Assembly (NCBI GenBank): GCA_043228905.1
Contig: JBHGNT010000002.1
Span: 22,258,001 to 22,322,000, forward strand
Length of the DNA stretch: 64,000 bases
Source of the DNA: Azolla caroliniana
Taxonomy: Eukaryota > Plantae > Polypodiophyta
Direction: 5' to 3'
Below the pieces are notes generated by a model. It was given only the letters and a program-made list of their open reading frames with translations. It searched no databases and was not told the DNA's origin. Both the position numbers and the translations under genes were made by a program. Below, piece by piece: positions 50,419 through 63,527 of this stretch. Positions within the stretch are counted from its first letter, which is position 1, and each line of letters opens with the position of its first letter.

Positions 50419-51412
50419 CAAATTTGGTTTCGGTTGACGAAGCTCGGTTCGGAGTTGACTACGAACCTTGTTGGAGTGCAGCCGGTTGGCTCACCCGATA
50501 TCGTTCTAGTCGGATTTGAACCCGAGTCGGTTCGGCTTCGGATGTATGTATTGTTGAACTTGCTCGAATTGACTCCGGTAACTTGAGGGACAGAACCGTC
50601 TGGTCTTCCCGAATGTTGCCGAGTCGGAGTGAGCCCGGTTCGCTTCCGAATATATATGCCAAGTACCGATTATTGAAACCGATTGTCTGGACCGATTCTG
50701 CTTCGGGTGACTGCAGCGACGAGAAGAGACGGATCCAACTGATCCTCCCGAATGTTGATCAGCCGGATGAAGCACGAATTGGGGTTGTTGTCTTGAGACC
50801 GATCTGCACCGAGTGGTTACAATGAGCGGCGAGCAACGTTTGATGACCTCTTCGGATGCCGTTTAACCGAGTGGAGCACGATCGTGTCAATGTTGCACAA
50901 GGGGATTTCACCTCGAGCGGTTACGATCACAAGGAACAGAGTACAACCGGCTGGCTTACTCCAAGCGAAGATGATCTAACGCGATGAGATGCAAGCCTCG
51001 TTTTTCTTCTTCTTCTCTCTTCTTCGAATGACGCAAGAAACCGAACGCTGTGCAGGCTGAGACGACGGCCGACAGCGGGTTGAGGAACCTTCGCTCTGAT
51101 ACCAAATGTTGAAGACAAAGGCCGTCAATGCGGAAGATCAAATAGCATTCGATTCGAGGTTGAGTACCTGCGTATGACAGTTTCTGAGATCGTGCACAGA
51201 GAGAGAGAGAGAGAGAGAGAGAGGAGGCACAAAAGAGTCTTTCTATTCCATAGAACAATAATACAACCCAACCTTACAAAAAGGTTACAAGGTCACTTTA
51301 TATAGTGACCGACTTAGGGCAACTACCATTTATGCTAATTACACAAATGGCCCAAACTTGATCTATACAAAGGGATAGTGTGAATACGTCCATTATACAC
51401 TTGTATTCGACA

Positions 51413-54400
51413 GCAGGCTGGCTATTCTATTTTCCTCCAGTTCCAACAGCATCTCCATCCGGATTCGTTCGGATTCCTTCTCGCTTAACCGCTCCTTAAC
51501 CTGTATTCTTAAGCTAGGAATTTGGAATTCTACTGGCATGACTGCTTCCAAGCCGAATGCCAGTCGGAACGGGGTCGTCCGGATGCTAGTCTTGTACGCC
51601 GTTCGGTACGCCCACAACACGCTCTGCAACTTCGTGTCCCAGTCGGTCTGGTTCTCATTGACGATTTTTCTAAGGATGTTCTGTAGCGTTTTGTTCGTTG
51701 ATTCCGCTAATCCGTTGGCTTGAGGGTAGTAGGGAGTGCTTCGTTTGTGTACTACCGCATAGAATGATGTCAAACTTTCCACCACCTGCCCGAGGAAATG
51801 TCCTCCCTGGTCACTGATCAGCTCAATCGGGCATCCGTACCGACACCATATGCATTCGTATAAAAATTTGGCCGTGGACGCCGCCGTGTTGTCCCGTAAT
51901 GCCTTTGCTTCTACCCATTTCGTGCAGTAGTCGGTAGCCACTATTATATACCGATTTCCGGTCCGCATTGCCGGTGGCTTGAAGGGACCGACAAAGTCCA
52001 AGCCCCACTTTTGGAATGGTTCTAATGGCAAGACCGGGTGATGTGGCATCCGGGCCTGCTCCGTGGGTTGGCCCAGTCGTTGACACAGGTCGCATTCCCT
52101 GCTATACTTAACGACATCTCTCATGGTAGTCGGCCACCATAGTCCGCTCTGCCATATCTTCCGGGCTGTTGTTTCGCCGGCATAATGCCCGCCTGCAATT
52201 CCACAGTGGGCTTCCCTCAGGATCAGATCCTTTTCATCGCTCCGCACTGCTCGCCTCCATACGCCATCTGCCCCCTTGTGATAGAGGGTGTCTCCTACCA
52301 AGCAGAAATGTCTGCTCCGTACTGCCATCCTTTTCCGTTCGTCTCGGTCCAGGTTTTCCGGGGGAACTCCGGTGCTCAGGAACTGATGCATTTCGGTTAA
52401 CCATTTGTCTTCGTCCGCTACTGTGGCCTCCGTTGCCGGTGCCGTCGTGACCCTAAACAGCTCGGCGTCGGGAAATTCGTCCTGTACGCCGTCCCCTGAT
52501 TCTCCGGATTCTAGTCTGCTTAGGTAGTCTGCTACCGCATGCTGCACCCCGGGTCGGTGGAAAATGTCGAATTCGAATTCCTGTAATAGCAGCGTCCATC
52601 GTGCGAGTTTTCCTGTCAGGGCTGCCTTTGAGACCAGGTAGAGTAGTGCCGAGTGGTCAACGTGGAAGGAGAACTTCCGTCCGAGCAGATAGTGCCTGTA
52701 CTTTGTGACACTGTACACCATTCCTAATGCCTCTCGTTCCGTTGTAGAGTAGTTCTGTTCGGCTTTCGAGAGTTTCCTGCTTGCGTAGTACACCGGCCGA
52801 TACCATTTCGGTTCCGTGAGTTGCATCAAAACGCTGCCGATTGCTACGTCCGACGCGTCGACGAAGACGTGAAAGCTTTTACTCCAGTCCGGCGGCTGCA
52901 CCACCGGAGCTTGTGACAGCATGACCTTCAACGCTTGGTAGGCTTTCTCCTCCGTTTCTGTCCATTGGAAAGGTTCTCTATGTACAGCAGCGTGCAATGG
53001 TGTAGCAAAGTCGGCAAGGTGCCGTATCATCCGACTATGCCACCTTATTTGACCAAGGAATCGGCTTAAAGCCTTTGCGTTATTCGGTGCCGGTGCGTCG
53101 AGAATTGCCTTTACTTTATTCGGATCTACCGCGATTCCTTCCCGACTCACCACGTGCCCTAACAAGTTGCCGCTTGCGACTCCAAAGACGCACTTAGCCG
53201 GGTTCAGACTTAATCGGTACTCGCGGCACTTTTCTAAGCATAGTCGTAGGTGATCGAGATGCTCTCCGTGTCGGCTGTAGACGGCGAAATCGTCTAGGAA
53301 GACCTGCATAAAACCGGGAATAAAATCCCCGAAGATTTCCATAATTATCCTTTGAAATGTTGCAGGGGCTGTCTTTAATCCGAACATCATCACGACCGCG
53401 ACGAACACTCCCCATTCCGTCACGAACGCTGTTTTCTCTTGGTCGGCCGGGTTCATTCGGATTTGGTTGTAGCCGCTGAATCCATCCAGGAAGCTGTAAA
53501 CTTCGTGGCCGGCCACCGCATCTAGCACGCCGTCCGTGAATGGTAGTGGAAAAGCGTCGGTCACTGTCGCGGCATTTAGTTTTCTGTAGTCCACACATAC
53601 CCGGATTTTGCCGTTCTTTTTCGGGACCACCACTATCGGGCTCAGCCAGGTTGCCTGCTTGACTGGTCGGATAAATCCGACCCGGAGAAGCTTGTCAATT
53701 TCCTCCTTCACCTTTGCCGCATAGTTTGGATTCATCCGGTACCGGCGTTGAGCGATGGGTTTCGCGTCTGTACTTAGATGAATTTGGTGCTGGTAGAGCT
53801 GGGGGTCCAGCCCTCGCATGTCTTCGTATGACCATGTGAACACGTCCTTGAAATCCGTTAACAGTGCTACCATTGCCTGTTTTTCCTCCTTCGGCAATTC
53901 CTTCGCGACTTTTACCGGTCGGGGTTGTTTTGTTGTGCCGAGGTCCACCTCTTCCAGCTGGGATGCTTTCACCCTTTGGGATATCGTCATTTCTCTTTCT
54001 AGGGCTTCCTGTGCTTGGCGTAGTTCCCGGATCGCCGCTTTGTCCGGCTCGTCCGGCATTGTGATGTACGGCTCTACTGCTGTCGTGATATCCACCTCAA
54101 AAAGTGGGACGATCTGTGGGTGTTCCTCGAGGTACCGATCAACTTCCTCATCCGGTAAGCCCTCCAACATGTTGATGCTTTCGGCATATAAAGGGGTTGC
54201 CTCCTTGCTAGTGAGCACCCGTGGTTGCGTGGCTACCCGTACCTTTGTTTTCCCTCGTCGGAACGTGATCATATTCTTTTGCCAGTTTTGCTTGATATGC
54301 GCCGTTCGCAGCCATGGTCGTCCTAACAGTAGGGGATATGCGCCTTGTACATTCAGCTTTAGTACCACGGCCGATATCCGGAATACGTGGCCTCCTATCG

Positions 54401-56837
54401 TTACTTCCAAGTCCCGGATAAGACCGGTTGGTCGGACTGAGCTTGTATCCGCCATGCGTAACCAGAAGGGGCATGGTTCCCACTCCTGGATGCCTAGGTC
54501 GTCGCATGTCTGTCGACTGATGACGTTCACCCCGGAGCCTCCGTCAATAATTGTTCCTGGAATCTCCTTTCCTTTGACGATTGTCGTGATTGCTGGGCTA
54601 CTGGTATCGACCACCGCTGGGCCTTCCTCCGGGTTGGAGAAAAATGCCGGTGCTGGCGTCGGCGTCGGTTTGCTCACGGCGGCTTGTAAGTCTGCTATAA
54701 ACCGCGGCACCAACTGCAGTAACCGTGCCAACGGCAGCACGATCTGACAATCTTGTAGTGCTTGCCATGTCGGGTTTTCTCCTGGCTGTTCGATTTCCTC
54801 ATCCTTTGGCATATTTTGGTCTCTTACTTCCGCCGCACCTTGTTCGTTGGCTTCTTTGATCCATTGTGCCGCTTGTTTTCTGATTGCTTCCTGGGCTTCC
54901 CATTCGGCGGCCTTCCCCTTCGACCGCATGGTAACCTGCTGTACTTCGGCTGTCACCATGTTGACTGCTGGCTGCTTGTCGGCTGTTTTGCTTGGGCATT
55001 GATTACTGTAATGCCCCTCTTTTCGGCAGTAATAACAGTACACCCTGTGCGTGTTGCTGGATTCTCCTTTTTCCCATGTTTGGGGAAGGGGCATTCCCCG
55101 GCGGTTGTCCTCGGTTTTTCGGTTCTCCGGTGCCGCTACTGGTTTGTCATTCCTTGTTGCCTCCCGACGCTCCTCTCTACGGAAAAATCCACGCCTTTGG
55201 TTCCGTCGGAAATTCCGGTTCCCTGGCCGCCTTTCTTCTCTGCGTCGCTCGTATTCCGGGGATTCGTCTCGGTCGTACCGGTCCCGGGGGTAGCTATCCC
55301 TGCGGTTCTCCTCTCGGTCATAGCTGTCGCGTCTTCTATCGGGGTATCTGTCGCCGCGTTCTCGTCGGTAGCGGTCGTCCCTCCGGAATCGATCCTCTTC
55401 CGGGTCCCGATTGCGCGGTTCTATGTGTCGGACCGGTGCCGCTTGTCGAGTTAACAGGTTATACTCGCATCGGTTCGTTGTGTGGGCGCGAGAATTGCAT
55501 ATCATGCACTGTGCACGCAGGGTGCAGTCGACGGTCGAGTGCCCCGAATTTAGGCATGTTGTGCATTGTAGGGCTTGTCGGAACCGGAGGTCCTCCTCCT
55601 TCGGAAGCGCCTGGTGTAACGCCCCCATCGGCAAGAAGGGGCTCGTCTTGTCCATTTCCAGGACCCGATCAATGACTTGGTCCATTGTGCTGGTGCTGAA
55701 ATCGAGGATTCCACACATCGCTCGAAGTGGCTCTTTCAACGCAGCCAAAAAGACTGCTTTGGCCTCCTCTTCGGGTGGTGCTCTTGCTAATTGACTGTGC
55801 AAGGTCTGGAAACGAATGATAAATTGTGGGACCGTCTCGTTTTCTCCCTGCCGGGTGGTGTAGAATTGTCCGACCAATTCCCTTTGTTCCACTCGTCTAT
55901 GAAACAGGCGTAAAAACTGGGTTTTCAATGCCTCGAACGTGGCGAAGCTGCCTGGTAAGTGCTTTGCGTGCCACCGGGCCGCCGGTCCTTCTAATGTCAT
56001 GCCGAATTCGGCGACTTTGGATCGGTCGGCCTCGGGCTCCGTCAGTCTCTGGGACACGTGGTTGGCTTCCCATGTTCGCAGGAATGCATACACATGTGCC
56101 TCTGCGTCGGGCTTATCCCGATACTTTGGGTACGGATACGGCATCGTGTCGTCCCACTGATTCTCCTGCGCTGGTTCCTCCGAAGTCGGTATCCGCTCTT
56201 GCGGTTCCTCCGCGGGTGGTGTTGATAACCGCTCCTGCGGTTCCTCCACGGGTGGTGTTGGTATCCGCTCCTGCGGTTCCTCCGCGGGTGGTGTTGATAA
56301 CCGCTCCTGCGGTTCCTCCGCGGGTGGTGTTGGTATCCGCTCCTGCGGTTCCGCCGCGGGTGGTGTTGATAACCGCTCCTGCGGTTCCTCCGCGGGTGAT
56401 GTTGGTATCCGCTCCTCCCTCCTCGGCGATTGCCGGTCACCGAACTCCAGAGTTATTTCCTCCTCTGGCTCCGATGTTGCTGAGTAATCCGACTCAAAGG
56501 GGTTGTTCTCGTGGCTGCTTTTATAACGGGATCCCACGCTTTCCCCGCTATCCGAATCCGCCTCTAATGTTGCAAATGCCGCTGCGTCCCCGTCGCCGCC
56601 GGCAAGAGTCTGTAGTAGTGTCTCCGCTTCTTGGAGGCTGGTTATGCTACTGCCTTCGTCGGAAGCTTGTAGAACCTGGAACTGCAGTGCTTCTTCTGCG
56701 ATTTGCCGAAGCGTTTTGGAGAATGACCGATCGCGCCGGATCTCGTCGACGGCTTGCTGCAGGGCTTCCCGTCGTCGCTGCCGTTCGGCGTGGCGTCTCC
56801 CTCTTTCGGTGATGTGGTCGTTGTTTTGTCTAGACAT
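51413..56837 (-). CDS. gag-pol: Non-chromovirus Ty3/gypsy (Athila/Tat-related) single-ORF gag-pol, cut after the integrase core by the Copia LTR; probable ATG at 56837
   Basis: Three CCHC knuckles; IIDGGS protease; FLDDF RT; FVDASD RNase H; WGLDFVGP, SDQGGHF, AESTN integrase; uninterrupted for about 1800 codons. Confidence 0.93.
56180..56415 (-). repeat. Six 39-bp in-frame repeats encoding (PPAEEPQERLST/IPT)-type 13-mers
   Basis: Alternating LST and IPT units in the gag N-terminal region. Confidence 0.9.
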
Positions 56838-56873
56838 CCATCCCCTGGTTGTCCTCTGCACTCTGCAGGAATC

Positions 56874-57123
56874 GTGGTCGCCAAAATAGTGTTGTATGTA
56901 TGGCTGGACTAGCCGCAACACAGGTGTCTATCCGACACTTCTCCAAAGGGGTGGTAGGGATAGGATGTTAATACACGTGTATGATAATTACACTTAAGCA
57001 CAGACGAAGACAAGATCAATAAGCATAAACAAAACTATATTAATTCTTCGTCCCTTCATTACAAAACATCGGATCCTTTTATAGGCATCCGGCCAGATTA
57101 CAATCGGTATGCTCGGTATGCCA
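56874..57123 (-). repeat. PBS (TGGCGACCAC) and probably truncated 5' LTR of the Ty3 element
   Basis: PBS at 56874-56883; LTR boundary TGTTG at 56890; minus-strand TATAAAAG at about 57076-57083; LINE ORF1 sequence begins at about 57124. Confidence 0.65.
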
Positions 57124-57780
57124 TGACCTTCTCGGGTCTCCTTGGCAGTATCTTTAGTGCCTCTCATGGGGCAATTCTTTTTGAAATGACCAAATTTTTT
57201 GCATGCAAAACATTGCCCCGGTGCATTGATCACTTCTATGCGTTGTTCAAACTGCAATCTGTTTCTTCCAGGAATGAGGTTCTTGGAAGGAAGTTTGTCG
57301 ATGTCTGACACCAAAAGGCGTATAGAGGGAGGGCCTAGTTGCTTCTTTAGCCTGTCGGCTAGCGTTAGGTCCTCGTCCAACATCATACCAAAGGAGTTTC
57401 CAATAGTAGGAAGTAACATGTTGTATTCTAAGGATAAACTAGGAAACAACATTGTTATCTTTTTCATGGAGTCATCTTGTTGCGCGGCCTTCTCTAAGTT
57501 AAAACCATGTGTCCATTTACACATGAACAACCATGTGTTTCAAATATGGCAGGGAGACATTGCTATGAGTTTCGTTGCGGCATCCTTGTCCTCTAGGACG
57601 ATTTGATAGAACCCTTTACCAAGCAATTGGACTTCCTTTATTCCACCTACTTGTGTAGGGTACTTGCCTTGCAACATACCTCCTAGTAAGCCTCTATTTG
57701 GGCGGGAGCCCACCACTCGGCATATGACCGCTATTCGCTCAAGCTTATCTTTCTCCTGCTCCAATAGTAGCATTTCTTCG
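57124..57780 (-). pseudogene. LINE ORF1 fragment (DUF4283-like plus CCHC knuckle)
   Basis: VQLLGKGFYQIV; IRLLV; CFACKKFGHFKKNCP; frameshift near 57535. Confidence 0.75.
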
Positions 57781-58119
57781 CTTGAGTGAAACTAATCTCA
57801 ACAGGACTCTCGCTACCTGGGTTGTATTTATCTTGCATTTTCTCTTGATCAAACGAGGGGCCTGTGAGAGGTATGTGTTCAGTAGTGACGATGTCCAGTG
57901 CTTGAGGCATCTTCTAATGTTTAAAAAGGGTTCTCTTATATGTATGTATATATATATATATATATATATATAGATATATGATTGGAGAGAGGGGGATAGT
58001 GCTTTTTTTTTTAATATATAAATTTTGAGTTTTTAACTTTTTTTTAAAATTTTAAAATTTTAAAATTTACTTTATTTATTTATTTATTTATATTATTATT
58101 ATTTTGGGGGGGGGGGGGG

Positions 58120-58810
58120 GGATTGGGGGCACTCTTCGAACTGTGGGGTTGGGGGGGGGGGTACTCTTCGAACTGGGGGTGGGGGGTGTTAAGAATTAGG
58201 TAATTAATTAAGGAATAATTATTACCTAATTATGTGATTAAATTAAGAGATTACGTAGCGGAAGATTAAGTTATATGTGTGTGTGTATGTGTGCGTGAGA
58301 GGAAGAGAGAGAGAAGTACACTTATGAACACAACAACAAGATGGGGGATGATAAAGTATATTAAAAGGTAAATATCATCAACTATCATCAAAATACAAAA
58401 ATACCTTCAATGAGGTATATATAGGTTTCATGTGCAAGGGTGCATATGTGCTAGGAGAATATAGGTACAACGTGTAAGTCCTATATTAAATGAGCATGGA
58501 GTGGTGGATCTACAATGTATCCCACTCAAGTACAAAATCCTATTAAAGGCTTTATGGTCAACACACTAACTAGATTCTATCTAGGTAACTACTAAGTGAC
58601 ATGTGTTGACTAACTAACTAAACTAAGTTGAGCTTGATCTCTCAGCAGGGGGCACTCTTTGAAACGTGGGGTTGGGGGGGATACTCTTTGAACTAGGGGT
58701 TAGGGGGGCACTCTTCGAACTATGGGTTGGGCCGGGGGTTGGAGAGAGGGGGGGCCACTCTTCGAACTTTGGGTTTGGAGGGAGGGGGACCCACTCTTCG
58801 AACCCACTTC
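58120..58810 (+). repeat. G-rich tandem array of GGGGCACTCTTCGAACT..GGGGTT units (about 7), split by a solo LTR
   Basis: Units near 58126, 58160, 58650, 58680, 58706, 58752 and 58790. Confidence 0.75.
58187..58647 (-). mobile_element. Solo LTR with GGGGG TSD
   Basis: TGTTAAG...CTCAGCA termini; GGGGG on both sides; internal TATATATA; interrupts the G-rich array. Confidence 0.65.
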
Positions 58811-59459
58811 TCAAACCCACTATAACCCTAACGACTTTGCACAGCGGCGAGGGGGCTATGTCGACGACCGCCCTTCGGAGAGTTGTGCTAAGATGAGCTT
58901 CACACTGTGAGCTATGGTGATGGTGATGAAGATGATAGGCGAATGAGTATACGACGAGCAGTGAGTTGAGGGGGGGGGGGGGGGGCTTCTTTCTTCCTTC
59001 TGTTGTGTGATGGTTATGGCAATGGCCAGCTCAATCAGAGTCTTCTCTTATTTGTCTATTTTTTGGGGTTTGAATTTATTAAATTGTTCCTGACCTAACC
59101 ACCACTCTACGCTGTCAGGTGGGCACAATTCAACTCCTGCTCCTGATCTTGCTCCGTTCCCTGGTCAAAATATCAATGTTTTAACTTTATGTATGGCTAA
59201 ATATGAACAAATACGTATATCTATATATTTAAAAAAAATTATTTAGATATGTGCAATTGAATATTTCACATGTGGGTCTAGGAAGAAAAATTCCATGTTA
59301 AACATGTCCACATACATGTCGAGTGTCACTACCATGAAAGGCATGCTCATGTACACTTTGACAACAATCCCATGCATGCATGCCCAACTACATACACGAA
59401 CACACAAAGTATCAACATAACTTCTTCCACTTTGTAAACCCCCCTCTCTCTTTCTCTTT

Positions 59460-59845
59460 CAATCGTAATTAGCGTTACCCTAGGGGTAGTCTCTCTCTTT
59501 CTTTCTCTCTATATTCTTTTTTTTAATCGTAATTAGTATACCTTTGTGGTAAGTTGTTTATAATACTAGCACTACATCGTGGGTTCAAAACCCAAATTTC
59601 TTACCTCTTTATTACTATAGATCGATCGATTGATCTCTCTCTCTCTTATCGTAATTAGCTTACCCTAGTGGTAAGTTGATAACACTACAAGCATTGTGTC
59701 TTGGGTTCGAAACCCAATTTCCTCATCTCTCTATTATATACTTCATATATATCTCTATTTCACTAGATGCCACTGTGGAATGTAGGGGTTGAACCCATGA
59801 CCACCTAGTCTCCATTGGGCAACCTTACCAACTAAGCTACATACA
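59460..59845. repeat. Cluster of tRNA-derived (SINE-head-like) sequences in both orientations
   Basis: + strand: TACCCTAGTGG...GGTTCGAAACCC, two copies plus a partial one. Minus strand: TAGCTTAGTTGG...GGTTCAACCCC. Confidence 0.65.
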
Positions 59846-59963
59846 TCTGGGCTCTCTCTCTCTCTTTGGTGAAAACACACAATTATATTAATAAATGTGT
59901 GTGAAAAACACTACTTACAATACGTGTGACAATGGAGTATGGTCACACACTAACCACACTACA

Positions 59964-62881
59964 CTACATGGGTAGTGGAACATGTTGAATTGCCAATAGG
60001 CAAGACGAATACTCCACCGAGGAAAGAATTTCCACTTGTTCCAATAAAGAAAATTGCCACATTAGTACTCCCTTCAACTTTCGTAGATATGCTTTCACTC
60101 CATGTCTACCATCGAATACAAAAGTGTTGCGCATGTTCCAATTATGACGCAATCCCCAATATCTCAGAAATAGGAAAACAATCTCCATCTCTGATTTTGG
60201 GTCAGCCTGTGTAAATTGTGCAAACACCCATTGTCTAGGTGTCAAATAACTCCGTGATAAAACTTGCCAAATTTGAGAAATGTAACTCCAAAGTTGACAA
60301 GCAATTGGACATTGTATAAATCGATGAGTATTATCTTCTATCTCAACTGTGCAAAAGAAGTAGGTACCCGTTGCTAGTCCACGACGCTTTAAAGCTAATC
60401 CCAAAGGCAATCCTCCAATCAAAACTCTCCAAATGAATACCTTTGCAACAAGTGGCAATTTAGAATGCCAACTACGTTGTAAGATCTTCCACCACCCATG
60501 ATCAGATTTGTGTATTTTTCATTCTTCTTCAACCTTAGATGATAACCATCCAAGAGACTCAACGAAACAATGATACAAAAGATTAGTAGTCACTTGTAAC
60601 AATGGTGTTTGACCCCTTAAACTCCAATCAATCCACGGTTGTTCTCCTGTTTGTAGAGGTAAGGGATCTTGCATCAATGCAATATTCTGTAGTTGTTGCC
60701 AAATAAACCCATAATAAGGCGGGATGCGTAATAATTGTCGTGCTTCAGTAAACTCCAAAATTCTTTGAGATGGAACCTCAACTATATCTCCCACCTCTTT
60801 GACCCCCAAACGAAACAAACGATTAAATTGAGAACGCAATCTCTCCTTCCCTGGCCAACATAATAACCGAGAAGACACAAGTAACTCTTTTTGCAAAGAG
60901 TTACAATGCTCTCTACTAGATTATGGTTTCCATACACATAACAAGAGTGCTTCTTTCCATGAGGTAACTAAGTGTTGAACACATGAAGAACCCGGAATCC
61001 TAAGTGAAATACATCCATTCAGTAATTGCCACCATGAAGCCTTAATCGTTGTCCTCCCATGTGTTAAACCCTTGTTCTCAATGAAATATCGAACAATAGA
61101 TATCCATGGTTGTGAGTTTGAACACATGTCTTGTAATAATGAAAATCTACGAGCCATCATATGCATAGATAAGTTCAATATTCCAACCCCCCCCAATCGC
61201 TTAGGGGTTGCTAGATGATTCCAAGCAATCCATGTGATTCCCATCTTATCCCTCTTCTTCCACCATAAATATCGAAGAGGTTGCAAAACAGAATTCAACG
61301 CCTTCTTTGTCCATGGCAATAATGGCAAGTAATATAATATCATGGGTTCCATAATACATTATACAACCTTCAAGCGAACATGAAATGGCCAAGATTCTGA
61401 CTTCCAATACATGAACTTATCCCTCAACTTACTAGATATCCATTCAATCAATTGACCATTTGTAACATTCATTCCTAATGGATAGCCCAAGTGTCGAAAA
61501 ATAGAGCCTTTCTTCACCACGGATCCTTGCCATCCTAAACATTCCAAATCCCTTTCAGTGCATGATATGAGACTAGACTTCCTCCAATTAATATGTAATC
61601 GGAAGCCAATGCAGACTGATTCCATACAAGCATCCCCTTCTCAAGATTCTCCCGTGAGGCTTGTAAAAACATGAAAGAATCATCCGCCAAAGCTTGTGCT
61701 ACTATTTGCCCTCCGGACGGAAGGTGTAAACCCACAATGTCACCATTTATTGCAAGTCTTGATAGCATCACTAACAAAGGATGAGTAACAATAGCAAACA
61801 ACAATGGGCTAAGAGGGCATCCTTGATGAATGGATCTTGTGAGGGCAATATCTGATGTAACTCCCCCATTAAGCATTACTCGAGACACTGCATCTTGTCC
61901 TAATAAAAATATGAGGCAAGACATACGAGGTCCAAAGCCCATTGTATGCATTAACCCAGAAACAAAAGACCAATTAACATGATCATAAGCTTTCTCCAAA
62001 TCTAATTGCACCATAATCAATTCTTGATGAGTGTTCTGAGCATAATCCATGGCCATTTGAACATTCAACACATTATGCAATATATTTCTACTTGCAATAA
62101 AACCATATTGGGCGGGGTGTATCAACTTTGGCAAATACTTTTGTAATCTATTTGCCAAGACCTTCGTAAATATCTTGTACAACCCCCCCATCAAAGAAAT
62201 AGATCTCCATTGATGAAATGACTCAAGCGATGCCACCTTTGGAACTAGTTTAATTAGACCAACCTTCCAAGCTTGAGGCATACAACCAGAATCCCAAGAC
62301 TGTTGAAACATCAAAGTCAAGGGCCCCTTTAAAATGTTGGAATATCTCTTAAAAACTTCATTTGTCAAGCCATCCCAACCAGGGCTCTTACCACTAGGAA
62401 GATGCCTTAAAACTACATCCACCTCATCCTCAGTGAAATCTGCATCCAATTCATGACTAATGAGATCATGCACAATACATCCAACCACATCATAAAACTC
62501 ATGACATGCTCTACTCACCTCATTTGTCATTAACAATTGTGGACCAATCAACTCCTTAAAGTAATGAAGACATATGTCAATTATTTTTGTAGGATCCACT
62601 ATCAATTCATCCCCTTGCTTCACATGTACCACATTAGATCGGGCATAAGTAGGATGTAATGCTTGGAAAAACAAATGAGATTGACATTGATTATCAATGA
62701 GTCCTTCCCTAAGTTGTCGCATCTTAGCATAACGATAACTTTGGCATTGCAACTGAGAAATAATAACATGCAATTGACTCTGAATATCCAAAAGCTCCTC
62801 ATCTAATGGTGTATGTATCAATAATGCATTACACCTAGAGAGAACTTGTGAGAACGCGCGAACGTGAGCCCCCATTGCCAC
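59964..62881 (-). mobile_element. 5'-truncated L1-clade LINE ORF2 (RT to zf-RVT), decayed
   Basis: KSPGWDG; WRSISLM; QYGFI; LDLEKAYD; QGCPLSPLLF; LADD; RHLGYPL; PKRLGGVG; HRFIQCP; several stops and frameshifts. Confidence 0.92.
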
Positions 62882-63527
62882 AAATTATGACATGCACTCT
62901 CCCACATTGGGGAGATAGTAGGGCAAACAACCCCTCTACTAGTGGAATGGAGGCGCCGGTCCTAAGCCATCGGCCTTTCTTCTCTCTCTCTCTCTCTCTC
63001 TCTCATGTTAAACATGGAGGTTGACACTTCATGCATTATACTACATAGTACACATGTTGCACCTAACTACAAAACCATATTCTTCGCGGAGCGGGGAAAT
63101 TGTACACATCGATACATATTAGAGCCCATTCAGTTGACCTTTATTCAAACCATTGCTTCCATGTGACTTATCTCACATGCATTGTGATGTGAGACGGGGC
63201 GTTAGGGCACAAGTGATGAGAATGGTCGACTATGCACACTTTGCTCTAAATAAATTCAAGAGTCTGAGTATCACACTTTGATACAATGCTTTGCCTTTGA
63301 TCATATTTGACCATGCTTTCCACACATCTTCGACCAAGCCCAATCCTTGCACGAATTTCTCTCACAACCACAATGTGCACTCTCGATTGCAACATTCATT
63401 AGTAAAGTTCTAAGAACATTGAGAGTTACTACTCACTTTCACAAGTATCATGTGAAATGTAAATTTTTTGGTCTCATAGGTCATATTTGACCTCTGAAGA
63501 CGATAATATAATCTCTCTCTCTCTCAC

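Larger units (their letters stand above)
45889..51412 (-). mobile_element. Ty1/copia element (Tnt1/Tork-like) with two LTRs and no TSD
   Basis: LTRs at 45889-46193 and 51107-51412; PBS TGGTATCAGAGC at 51093-51104; minus-strand PPT GGGGGAG next to 46193; flanks ACCAC and GCAGG do not match. Confidence 0.93.

Noticed and set aside
53818-56812. Long + strand ORFs (309, 230, 227 and 328 aa)
   Set aside because: Antisense shadows of the GC-rich gag-pol and its 39-bp repeats; no recognisable domains.
56838-56921. N-terminal extension of the 1842-aa ORF as given in the track
   Set aside because: It starts at a non-ATG codon inside the LTR and crosses the PBS. The ATG at 56837 is more plausible, and the last ~6 residues of the ORF come from the Copia LTR.
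44085-57780. One LINE split by nested insertions
   Set aside because: ORF1 and 3' ORF2 pieces are co-oriented, but the endonuclease and RT are absent and no TSD links the junctions. They may be two separate elements.
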